Notes: generated by a model not told the origin, from the letters alone. A DNA stretch of 64,000 nt from Clostridia bacterium (GCA_029226955.1 JAQXZA010000137.1:13005-77004), one strand, 5' to 3'; numbered from the stretch's first letter, positions 48,501-56,098 are shown. Made by a program: numbers and translations.

Positions 48501-49106
48501 ACATTCAGATATATGGAGGACGGAACATTCAACACTGCTGATGAAGATGAATTTGAACTTCCCGAAAACTGCACAATAGGACTTGTACACCCGATAGACC
48601 TTTCAGAAGACGAACTTTCAACGTGGAAAGAACAGTTAAGCGACTATGAAATAACACAGCCGATTGAACAGCTTGAAAGAAAAGTTTACCGTATAAAAGA
48701 TGATGAAATCGGTCAGCTTGACTTTAACAGATTTAAAGGCAGAGAAATAAACGGAATGACGCTTCTTGGCAGAATGACAAAAATGGGCTGGTATAAAGGT
48801 TCTGTTCAGGACGCCGGCTGTTTCTATACATTCTATCGTGAAGACATTACAAAACGATTTAAGGACAAAGATAATAATGTTCACCTTGTCGGAAATGCAG
48901 TTGAACTTAACTTTTCAGGAATGTATGTAGGCGGTGAAGATGAAACAGTTACTATCGAAAACATCAGATTCTACAAACCGGGTACAGTAAAACGTGGCAG
49001 CTATGAATATGATGAACCTGATGAACAGAGAACAATAGCGCCCGATAAAATAAGTCCACGCTATCTGAGCGAAATAATAAACCAGATTGAAACAATTTTG
49101 AAATAA
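45561..49106 (+). CDS. Giant (about 1181 aa) helical-repeat protein, YehI/MolR-like (DUF4132-type C-terminus, assigned from memory)
   Basis: ATG 45561 lies 8 nt after the SD GAGGAG. The track start TTG 45555 overlaps the SWIM gene stop. HEAT-like segment SKEVRELVAKAASQH...SAIRETAVDVLSIWG. The C-terminal third (FAIGLIWAAYE...LVHPIDLSEDELSTWKEQLSDYEITQPIEQLER) resembles DUF4132. Confidence 0.65.
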   Translation: MDLLNNKSADKNSRMKAEILDILGGMNILPDNMKIAEQFFDFDKELDIELLKKLKFQDMSSLKYYTKSQTFIRKIKESCEYSDGYILFLDQLGHNTVYNLLSYSFDNDYFWSSNLKKIVDHALARRYTSDEIISVIAALIAERSGAEYYSNRLYNLAKENPLALLKSGRYYCHGQYANASLKLYSFALAFIEPINKATDDNKELKECIDYACTRIYDVSKGSKSDWKYKNIAKFLGSVCFMSYHHSKKTEEILKDIVVTNKKHFINGVLDFVPTAYFEKNTDKFFELLNLDKNPSFLTECLYHVVNFGNYYPLLTNNKKIFLAYIAKKYPETYTEIMRARTIMIDGKSCDNDAVYSYDYLYDILKANNPDAVTKYNVDIDADILKMIIEDEQCWTDCKTEIEEYLSGKCDSSVLEQVSDKLSCDSANINSYGVNNSWQRVNNHRHHLDCLVFNNCDFRKRLVILKMYQNDFATIRNWFYRTDKKLSFTEIANILISEKMPVSVRFSSYENFTTNSYFTDQQKTEEEEQLSRVMAEHSAEFDSDYEQVCKNGKLLARKLYVRYLGLSDKDDSNKDRLLSMFADSSKEVRELVAKAASQHKNYESEVLSMLESKKSAIRETAVDVLSIWGANNYKDILLGVAENEKSAKLKEKINRVLNITTTVETQGDEAFSPMLFVDSIHKGGKAKKLQWLYETPNGTVHFKNGNVAEDKYIQAILLCYADMSNPGVNENAALLAQELNEQELNKYAETIFSKWTAQGAEAKKKWVLYFCAIHGGYNMIAVLLNYIKEWAENARGAIASEAVRAIACNGSSEALMSVDNIAHKFKHKQVKSAAVKALDDAAEELGITSDELGDRIVPDLSFDENMERVFDYGTRKFKVYLTPTLELEVFDESNKKLKTLPSPAKKDDETIAKQSNADFKAMKKQLKNVVSIQKLRLETALLADRRWTVENWNNLFVKNPVMHSFAIGLIWAAYENDTLVQTFRYMEDGTFNTADEDEFELPENCTIGLVHPIDLSEDELSTWKEQLSDYEITQPIEQLERKVYRIKDDEIGQLDFNRFKGREINGMTLLGRMTKMGWYKGSVQDAGCFYTFYREDITKRFKDKDNNVHLVGNAVELNFSGMYVGGEDETVTIENIRFYKPGTVKRGSYEYDEPDEQRTIAPDKISPRYLSEIINQIETILK

Positions 49107-49281
49107 CTCGCAAATTAAAATATCAAGATTACAATATTGTAATTAAAAATTATGTCGTGATTTGTTGACAATTACTTTTAATTAGTCTAACATAATAAAG
49201 GCTTGTGAAATACTGCGTTAATAGCTTGATATAGTGTTTCGTGTAGTATCAACAAGTATTTTGATATTGGAGAGGTATTTT

Positions 49282-50292
49282 ATGAAATATACAGGAATTT
49301 TAATTACAGCTGTTTTGGTGACAATGCTTTCCCTAAGTGGCTGTGGGAAAAATAATTCGGATATATCATCAAGTAATAGCAGTGTCAGCTCGGAGGTATC
49401 CAAGAAGATAGAATCATCTGAAAGCAATGTCAGCTCGGAGGTATCTAAGAATATAGAATCATCTGAAAGCAATGTCAGCTCGGAGGTATCTAAGAATATA
49501 GAATCGTCTGAAAGCAATGTCAGCTCGGAGGTATCTAAGAATATAGAATCGTCTGAAAGTAATGTCAGTTCGGAGGTATCTAAGAATATAGAATCATCTG
49601 AAAGCAATGTCGTGTCAGAGATAAGCAAGGAAGAATCGAAAATTCCCGAACATTCTGTCGAGGTCAAAAAAGAGGTTGAATCAAGCTGGTTTGATGATAC
49701 AGTTTTTGTAGGTGACAGCGTAACGCTTAAGCTCTCTTACTATGCGGAAAACGGCTCTCTCGGCAAGGCTGAATTTCTTTGTGCGGGAAGTCTTGGCTAT
49801 GGTTCGGCACTTCAGGATATAAAAGCTGAGGGAAATGTCCACCCTACATACGAGGGCGAAAAGTACACAGTAGATGACGGTGTTAAAATGCTCGGAGCAA
49901 AAAAAGTCTTTATTATGTTCGGTATGAATGATATAGGTCTTTACGGTATAGATGATACTATCGAAAATATGAAAACTCTTACGTCGAGAATTAAAAAGAA
50001 AAGTCCCGAAGTCGAAATATATATTCAGTCCGTAACACCTATGCTTGAGAATATGCAGTTAAGAGATTTGAACAATAAATCCATTTCAGAGTTTAACAAA
50101 AAGTTAAAGGCAGAGGCGAAAAAGCTGGGATATAAATATCTCGATGTTGCCTCTGTTATGAAGGATAAAAAGGGAAATCTGATTCCTGAGTATTGCAGTG
50201 ACCCTGAAGCTATGGGAATACATTTTTCTGACGAGGGCTGTAAGGCTTGGGTGGAATATTTAAAGCAGAATGTAGCAGACATTGAAGAATAA
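49282..50292 (+). CDS. SGNH/GDSL hydrolase lipoprotein with a tandem 15-aa Ser/Glu-rich repeat linker
   Basis: ATG 49282 follows the SD GGAGAGG. Lipobox LSGC. Block I VFVGDSVT, block III MFGMNDI, block V DPEAMGIHFS. The track start 49234 adds 16 non-signal residues. Confidence 0.85.
   Translation: MKYTGILITAVLVTMLSLSGCGKNNSDISSSNSSVSSEVSKKIESSESNVSSEVSKNIESSESNVSSEVSKNIESSESNVSSEVSKNIESSESNVSSEVSKNIESSESNVVSEISKEESKIPEHSVEVKKEVESSWFDDTVFVGDSVTLKLSYYAENGSLGKAEFLCAGSLGYGSALQDIKAEGNVHPTYEGEKYTVDDGVKMLGAKKVFIMFGMNDIGLYGIDDTIENMKTLTSRIKKKSPEVEIYIQSVTPMLENMQLRDLNNKSISEFNKKLKAEAKKLGYKYLDVASVMKDKKGNLIPEYCSDPEAMGIHFSDEGCKAWVEYLKQNVADIEE
49381..49605 (+). repeat. 45-bp in-frame tandem repeat x5 (plus a degenerate sixth copy to about 49620), encoding NVSSEVSKNIESSES
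   Basis: Units start at 49381, 49426, 49471, 49516 and 49561. They differ by 0-3 nt, and copies 2-5 are nearly identical. Confidence 0.95.
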
Positions 50293-50326
50293 AGATAATT
50301 TAACAAAAAAGAGAGGATTTTGAAAG

Positions 50327-50896
50327 ATGAAAAAGATTTTTGCGGTGATTTTATCGGCTATGCTTATTACTTCATTGACAGCTTGCGGAAGCTCTGAAAG
50401 CGGAACAAACTCAAAGACAGAGAGTGTCGTATCTTCGGCAAGTTCTGAATCAAGTAAGGCTGAATCTAAAGACGAAAGCTCAGGCAGTGAATCAGGTGCA
50501 GAAAGCTCTGTGCTTAAAACTGCTATTGAAAAGGTTAAAGCAGAGGTTGAACTGCCAAGTGATATGGCGGATTTTGATGCAAGAAGATTAAAGCGTGTTT
50601 TTGGAATAACCGAGGAACAGGCAGAGGATTTTTCGGGTGCAATCTGCACAGACGGTCTTAAACAGGACGAATTTATCTATATTAAGGCTAAGGACGAAAG
50701 CACAGCAAAGGAAGTCGCAGATAAGCTTCAGAACGATTGGCAGTCAAAATATAATGTCATTAAGAACTATGATCCTAACCAGGTTAAAATTATCGAGAGT
50801 GCTAAGGTTGAAACCAACGGACTTTATGTTTTCCTTGTAATTTCGGAAAAGGCTGACCAAATTAAGCAAATTTATAATGACGCTATTAAGTCTTGA
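50327..50896 (+). CDS. Lipoprotein, DUF4358-like
   Basis: Lipobox LTAC and a Ser/Glu-rich linker. The C-terminal pattern EFIYIKAKDESTAKEVADKLQN...NGLYVFLVIS resembles DUF4358 proteins of Clostridia (from memory). Confidence 0.5.
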   Translation: MKKIFAVILSAMLITSLTACGSSESGTNSKTESVVSSASSESSKAESKDESSGSESGAESSVLKTAIEKVKAEVELPSDMADFDARRLKRVFGITEEQAEDFSGAICTDGLKQDEFIYIKAKDESTAKEVADKLQNDWQSKYNVIKNYDPNQVKIIESAKVETNGLYVFLVISEKADQIKQIYNDAIKS

Positions 50897-51139
50897 TTTT
50901 TAGTATTAGAGAAATGCGGTGATTGTATTGCATATATTCCGCTTTTGGTAATTTCTGCAATAGTGCCATTCGCATTTTTATCACCATATTTATTGGTTCT
51001 ATAATAAATGTTGGGGTAAACAAATAGAGCAAAAACAAATGATAACCTGATTACTGATACTTGTTTTCCAATTTTTTCGGGTTACCCCAACTATTGACAC
51101 AGAACCTATTTATTTATAGGGAAATAGTAGTTATAAAGC

Positions 51140-51174
51140 AAACCCGATACGGATTTTTTCGTATCGGGTTTTTG
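51140..51174. terminator. Bidirectional terminator downstream of the DUF4363 gene
   Basis: 12-bp stem aaacccgatacg / cgtatcgggttt, with T-runs available on both strands. Confidence 0.8.
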
Positions 51175-51180
51175 AAATTT

Positions 51181-51570
51181 TCAGAAAATATTGTTAATAC
51201 TCGGATATTCCACGCTTTTAAAGTGGTCAAGCAGTGTGGACGCTCTTTGACATTCAGCGTAAAAAAGCGGCACTTCATCATACTGAATGTATGAGTTTGC
51301 AATATTTATAGCCTCCTCAATTTCGTCTAATTTTCCGTGAGAAACGAATAAAAGCATTATTTCAATTTTCTTTTCCCATTCGTCAATAGCCTCAGCAAGT
51401 TCTTTTTTTGCATTTTCAATATTTCCGTCAATGGCATATTGCTGGGATTTCTGAACTTTTTCCATTACCATATCTGCCGTTCTGGTATTTATAAAAAATC
51501 CTGTTGCGGCAATACCCGCTATAATTAAAAAAATTACTATTGTACCGATAAGCCTTTTCAAATCAAACAA
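51181..51570 (-). CDS. DUF4363 family protein
   Basis: N-terminal TM helix, a helical body and the ending ...YPSINNIF, typical of DUF4363 proteins paired with DUF421 genes (from memory). Overlaps the upstream gene by 8 nt. Confidence 0.7.
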   Translation of the reverse strand: MFDLKRLIGTIVIFLIIAGIAATGFFINTRTADMVMEKVQKSQQYAIDGNIENAKKELAEAIDEWEKKIEIMLLFVSHGKLDEIEEAINIANSYIQYDEVPLFYAECQRASTLLDHFKSVEYPSINNIF

Positions 51571-52240
51571 TCCTTTCTTTTTTTATTATCTGATAAGTTC
51601 GTCTTTTGTCGGCGGTCATAATAAATATTTCATTAAGTTTTATGTTTTCGTGGCTGAGAATATTATACAGCCATTCCTTGTCCAGACCGCAGAAATCAAG
51701 TGACGACTGTGCAATTTCTCCGTCACTTATCACAACAGTTTGCAATCCCTTGTCGGTTGTTTTTATACCCATTTGTTTTGCGGTTACGGTTTCATTTTCG
51801 GGTTTTTTCAGGACACTAAGGTTTCCGTTGGTTTCCATAACGGCAAAGGCAACATCTTCAATATTGAACACATTTTTCTGACGCAGTTGTTCGTATAAAT
51901 CCTCTGTACTCATACGCAGTCTTTTCATTTCTGACTGGTCTATTTTTCCATCATTTATTACGACAATCGGTTTTCCGCATATAACACGTCTGAAACCCGC
52001 CCTTTTCAGCATAAGAAATGAAATGACAATCTCACATACCATCAGTACAAGAATAGGAATTATTCCGCTGAGCATTGACTGGTCTGTATCTTGCATAGGA
52101 ATTGACGCAATGTTTGATATAAGCAATGTTACAACAAGTTCACTTGTCTGTAATTCGCTTATCTGTCTTTTGCCCATCATTCTTACGGCGAAAATAATAA
52201 GTACATATAAAAGTAATGTTCTTATCGCAGAAATAATCAT
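51563..52240 (-). CDS. DUF421 (YetF-family) membrane protein
   Basis: GKRQISELQTSELVVTLLISNIAS with three TM helices, plus a C-terminal soluble DUF421-like half. ATG 52240 is preferred over 52303, but the SD is weak, so the start is uncertain. Confidence 0.8.
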   Translation of the reverse strand: MIISAIRTLLLYVLIIFAVRMMGKRQISELQTSELVVTLLISNIASIPMQDTDQSMLSGIIPILVLMVCEIVISFLMLKRAGFRRVICGKPIVVINDGKIDQSEMKRLRMSTEDLYEQLRQKNVFNIEDVAFAVMETNGNLSVLKKPENETVTAKQMGIKTTDKGLQTVVISDGEIAQSSLDFCGLDKEWLYNILSHENIKLNEIFIMTADKRRTYQIIKKERIV

Positions 52241-52340
52241 ATTTTCAGGGATTTTGCCCCTACACCTCCAAAGAAATATTATCAATATTTTTATACAAAT
52301 CAAACCCGATTATACCGCAGAAATCAATTTTTAAATCACG

Positions 52341-52371
52341 TGAATAATTCAGATAAAGATGAAACACATTA
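52341..52371 (+). promoter_or_regulatory. Forespore-type (sigma-G/F-like) promoter candidate for the ger operon
   Basis: TGAATA at 52341-52346, 18-nt spacer, CACATTA at 52365-52371. Compared with the remembered consensus TGAATA-17/18-CATnnTA, one -10 position mismatches. Confidence 0.35.
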
Positions 52372-53945
52372 TTATTCAGGAAAAGCAAGGGGTGAAATGT
52401 TTGTATAAGTTCATCAAAGAATTAAAGGATATATACACTCATAAGGCAACAGGCGGCTTTAAAGAAAGCGAAACACCGCTTGATGTATCAATGAAAAAAA
52501 ATCTTGAATATATAAAAAAGCGTTTTGAAAACAGTGCCGACCTTACAGTCCACGAAATGAAACTTTCGGGGATTGACACAGCCGTCATAACCATTGAAGG
52601 AATGGTAAATAAAGATATTCTTGCGTTAGGTGTTATAAAACCGCTTTTTGAATATAAATTCAGCGGTACACCTGATGAATGTTTTAATGCCATAAAATCA
52701 GAAATATTATACACAGCCGAACTTGTAGATATTGAAACTTATGAAATGGCTGAAAAATTTGCAATGTCGGGATTTGCGGTTCTTGCAGTCAACGGCTGTA
52801 AAAAAATGCTTGCAATAGGAATACAGGGATTCAGTTTCAGAAGTGTTTCCGAGCCTGAATCTGACGTTGTCCAAAGAGGTTCAAAAGAGGGATTTGTTGA
52901 GGCACTGAGAATAAATATGTCGCTCATACGCAGAAGAATAAAAAATCCAAAGCTGAAATTTGAAACAATGACAGTCGGCAAAGTCAGCAAGACCGATATA
53001 TGCCTTTGTTATCTTACTGACACGGTTTCAAAAAAAATTCTTAATAAATTAAAACAAAGAATAAATAATACAGACCTTGACACATTATTTGCATCAGGCT
53101 ATCTTGTACCGTTTCTTGAAGAAAGAGGGGATTTTTCCTTTTTCAGCGGTGTAGGGGTATCTGAACGACCTGACACTGTATGCGGAAAAATCACTGAGGG
53201 GCGAATTGCCGTATTGATTGACGGAGCTCCGTCAGCACTGATTGTGCCGTATCTTTTTGTTGAGTATTTTCAGACGCTTGACGATTATTCAAACCGTGCA
53301 TACTTTGCGACATTCACACGTTGGCTGAAATACTTTTCGTTTTTTATATCATTTCTTCTTCCGGGGATATACACCGCACTCGGCACTTTTCACCCGGAAA
53401 TGTTCCCGACATTATTGCTGAACAAAATTGCCGGAGCAATAGGGGACACACCATTATCACTTATGGCGGAAACAATTCTTATTCATTTTGTTTATGAAAT
53501 AATGCGTGAGGCAGGACTGCGTATGCCTCAGCCTTTGGGATATGCCGTTAGTATAGTTGGCGGTCTTGTTGTCGGTGAAACGGCAGTAAATTCAGGACTA
53601 ATCGGAGCACCAACACTTATGGTTGTGGCAATTACTGCGATATGCTCTTATGTTATTCCGAGTCTTTATGCACCGTCAGCAGTTTTAAGACTTATTTTCA
53701 CGCTTGCCGGAGGAATACTTGGAATATGGGGAGTTGCGTTTCTTTTTTGTATGGTGCTTGTAAATATCTGCGGAAAAAATAGCTTTGGTGTGCCTTATAC
53801 TTCCCCTGTAACGCCATTCAGTGCATCTGCAATGCGTGATGTAGCGGTAAGGGCAGGCTGGAAAATTCTTTCAAAAAAGCGTGAAAAAATTCAGGATATG
53901 CCGGGAGTCAATCTAAAAAGTGAGGATAACGAAGATGAACGATAA
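52359..53945 (+). CDS. gerAA: Spore germination protein, GerA-family A subunit
   Basis: GerA-family core (RRRIKNPKLKFE, DGAPSALIVPYLFVEYFQ) and a C-terminal TM bundle. Start is uncertain: ATG 52359 has no SD, whereas in-frame TTG 52401 lies 8 nt after AAGGGG. Confidence 0.88.
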   Translation: MKHIIIQEKQGVKCLYKFIKELKDIYTHKATGGFKESETPLDVSMKKNLEYIKKRFENSADLTVHEMKLSGIDTAVITIEGMVNKDILALGVIKPLFEYKFSGTPDECFNAIKSEILYTAELVDIETYEMAEKFAMSGFAVLAVNGCKKMLAIGIQGFSFRSVSEPESDVVQRGSKEGFVEALRINMSLIRRRIKNPKLKFETMTVGKVSKTDICLCYLTDTVSKKILNKLKQRINNTDLDTLFASGYLVPFLEERGDFSFFSGVGVSERPDTVCGKITEGRIAVLIDGAPSALIVPYLFVEYFQTLDDYSNRAYFATFTRWLKYFSFFISFLLPGIYTALGTFHPEMFPTLLLNKIAGAIGDTPLSLMAETILIHFVYEIMREAGLRMPQPLGYAVSIVGGLVVGETAVNSGLIGAPTLMVVAITAICSYVIPSLYAPSAVLRLIFTLAGGILGIWGVAFLFCMVLVNICGKNSFGVPYTSPVTPFSASAMRDVAVRAGWKILSKKREKIQDMPGVNLKSEDNEDER

Positions 53946-56055
53946 GGGAATCGTAACATCAGGACAGCTTTTTGTACTGTTTTTTATAAGCAGAATTATT
54001 ATCGCAGTGTTTTGTTCGCCGAAAATTTCGGGAGTAAATACCTTGTGGGATTATTTTCTTCCTGTGATTATTTCGCTTTTTTTGTCAATGCTTATGCTTG
54101 TTCCCGTGCTTGTTATGTACCGACAGAACCGACAAATGTCCGTCAGCGAGTATTCATACAAATATTTCGGAAAAACAGGGAATATAATTACAATTTTGTA
54201 TGCACTGTATTTTTTTGTTGGCTGTATTTATTCGCTTTCAGTATATTATGGATTTTTGAAGTTTATTTCACCCGACGGAATACAGATTCCGCTTATTTTA
54301 ATTTTGCTTGTTATTGCCTGTATTTATGCGTCATTCAAAGGTTTGGAGGCTGTTTCAAGACTTTCGGGAATTGTGCTTGTAATAGTTATTATTTCGGCTT
54401 TTATTTTAATATCTTTTCTTTCGCCTGAATTATCAAACCGCAATTATTTTCCGCTGTATTATACAACACCTACTTCGACAACAGACACGGTTATATTTAT
54501 ACTTTCACGAATGTGTAATATAGCCGTTCTTGCAATGCTTTATCCCGTAACCAAGGGCAATATAACAAAAGGTGCAATTATATGTAATATTTTTGTTTTT
54601 CTTGTGTTTATTTCAATGATATTGTTTCTGACAGGTTCACTCGGTGAATATTCTGACGGTCAATTTTTTCCTGTATATCAGTCAATAGACGGTTCGGGAA
54701 AACTCCAACGGTTCAATCCTATGTTTTTAGGAGTATCTGCCGCTGGTATATTCTGTGAAGTGTCAATGCTGCTTTATGTTATTTCACAATGTGTAAAAAA
54801 TGTTTCAAGCGAAAAAACAGGCAGAAAATTTACCATTATCGGCGGTATTTTATCAGCGGCAATATCACTGTGCATATCGGGCAGTGATACAATATTAAAT
54901 TTACTTTTTAATAAATATTTATGTTTTACTATAACTTTGATTTTTGCTTTTGTCATTCCACTTTTAATTGTTATCATTAACTCTTTTAAAAACAGAAATC
55001 GAAAAAGCCATAAATTCAAAAAAGCATTTCGTGTTTTTTCTTTGATTATTGCCGTTTCAATGTCGGCTGTAATGTTCAGTGGTTGTGGTGCAATTCAGCT
55101 TAATCAACGAATAATCGTACAGGGCATAGGCATTGATAAAAACGAAAACAACTATAAACTTACAGTAATTATTCTTGATACCGAAAGCGAGGAACAGGAA
55201 AATGCGGTCAGACTTTTGTATTCTGAGGGTGATACCGTCAGCGAGGCGATAACATCACTTGAAGTTCAGCAAGGCAGAAAGGTTCTTTTAAATCAATGCC
55301 TTTTTATAATGATGAATGAAATCGCCGCAAAGAACACCGCCGAAACGCTTTCATATTTTACCGACAATAACGATATAATAAAAAGCCTTAATCTTATGGT
55401 TTCAGAATCCGCCGCCGAACAGACAATAACAACAGCAATAAACGATATGAATTACAAATCAGAAGACATAAATCTTTTATCCGACAGCAGTGCAATAAAT
55501 CAGACAACAGTTCAGTTTTCGCTTTTTGATTATATCTCGTCAGAAAAAAATCCGTACTCGGCAATGATTTTTCCGTATATAGTGATAAACAATTCACTGT
55601 CAGCATTACAGGCAGACGGCAGTTGTGTTATAAATAAAAACAAGCTGTCAATTCTTAATTCAGACGAAACAACAGGAACACTTATTGCAAAAAATGAGGC
55701 ACAAAATTATACTTCTTCCGTAACTGATTTAAATGGTACTAAAACCGTATATAAAATCAAAAAAACATCATCAGAAATTTTCCCGCAGATAAAAAACGGA
55801 AATTTAACACTGAATTTTAATATAAAAATTTCGCTTTCCGAAAATTACAGTTCCGAAAAAAAGAAACTAATCTATGAAGATTTATACAAAAAAATACAAA
55901 GCGGAATTTCAAAAACAATTACTGAAAATGCCTGTGACATCTTTTCGATAAATAAATATATCCGTCTTGAATTTCCTGAATTTTATTCAAATATAAATAA
56001 CTGGACAGACATTCTCAAAAATGCAGAAATCAAAATAAATCTTGAATTGAATTAA
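53935..56055 (+). CDS. Fused spore germination B (permease-like, about 10 TM) and C (lipoprotein-type) subunits in a single ORF
   Basis: The N-terminal 355 aa are polytopic and GerAB-like. From about 55020 comes a GerAC-like signal/lipobox KKAFRVFSLIIAVSMSAVMFSGC, then IIVQGIGIDK and the rest of a Ger(x)C domain. No stop codon between them. Confidence 0.8.
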   Translation: MNDKGIVTSGQLFVLFFISRIIIAVFCSPKISGVNTLWDYFLPVIISLFLSMLMLVPVLVMYRQNRQMSVSEYSYKYFGKTGNIITILYALYFFVGCIYSLSVYYGFLKFISPDGIQIPLILILLVIACIYASFKGLEAVSRLSGIVLVIVIISAFILISFLSPELSNRNYFPLYYTTPTSTTDTVIFILSRMCNIAVLAMLYPVTKGNITKGAIICNIFVFLVFISMILFLTGSLGEYSDGQFFPVYQSIDGSGKLQRFNPMFLGVSAAGIFCEVSMLLYVISQCVKNVSSEKTGRKFTIIGGILSAAISLCISGSDTILNLLFNKYLCFTITLIFAFVIPLLIVIINSFKNRNRKSHKFKKAFRVFSLIIAVSMSAVMFSGCGAIQLNQRIIVQGIGIDKNENNYKLTVIILDTESEEQENAVRLLYSEGDTVSEAITSLEVQQGRKVLLNQCLFIMMNEIAAKNTAETLSYFTDNNDIIKSLNLMVSESAAEQTITTAINDMNYKSEDINLLSDSSAINQTTVQFSLFDYISSEKNPYSAMIFPYIVINNSLSALQADGSCVINKNKLSILNSDETTGTLIAKNEAQNYTSSVTDLNGTKTVYKIKKTSSEIFPQIKNGNLTLNFNIKISLSENYSSEKKKLIYEDLYKKIQSGISKTITENACDIFSINKYIRLEFPEFYSNINNWTDILKNAEIKINLELN

Positions 56056-56061
56056 GCAAAA

Positions 56062-56098
56062 ATTAAGGACAGCCGTTTCAGACTGTCCTTAATTTGTT
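56062..56098. terminator. Bidirectional terminator between the ger operon and the convergent SDR gene
   Basis: 11-bp stem attaaggacag / ctgtccttaat, with an A-run upstream and a T-rich tail downstream. Confidence 0.8.

Noticed and set aside
49218-49667. 149-aa minus-strand ORF with a repetitive translation; also considered whether the 45-bp repeats could be a CRISPR array
   Set aside because: The repeats are directly adjacent with no spacers. They are in-frame within a lipoprotein gene that has a lipobox and SGNH blocks. The minus-strand ORF is the antisense shadow of the repeat. No cas genes are present in the window.
37537-50292. The idea that the five-gene operon is a recent insertion bracketed by two paralogous SGNH hydrolase genes
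   Set aside because: The two SGNH proteins have different architectures (signal peptide plus C-terminal anchor, against lipoprotein plus N-terminal repeats). No flanking direct or inverted DNA repeats or mobility genes were seen. I cannot compute base-composition deviation reliably by eye, so there is no support for horizontal transfer from this window alone.
51061-51302. ORFs 51061..51294 (plus) and 51114..51302 (minus)
   Set aside because: Both cross the bidirectional terminator at 51140-51174 and the 3' end of the DUF4363 gene, and neither has an SD. The region is better explained as non-coding, possibly an sRNA.
54012-54428. 138-aa plus-strand ORF in an alternative frame inside the ger B-like region
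   Set aside because: It lies entirely within the polytopic GerAB-like coding frame. It has no independent SD, and its composition reflects frame-shifted reading of a hydrophobic gene.
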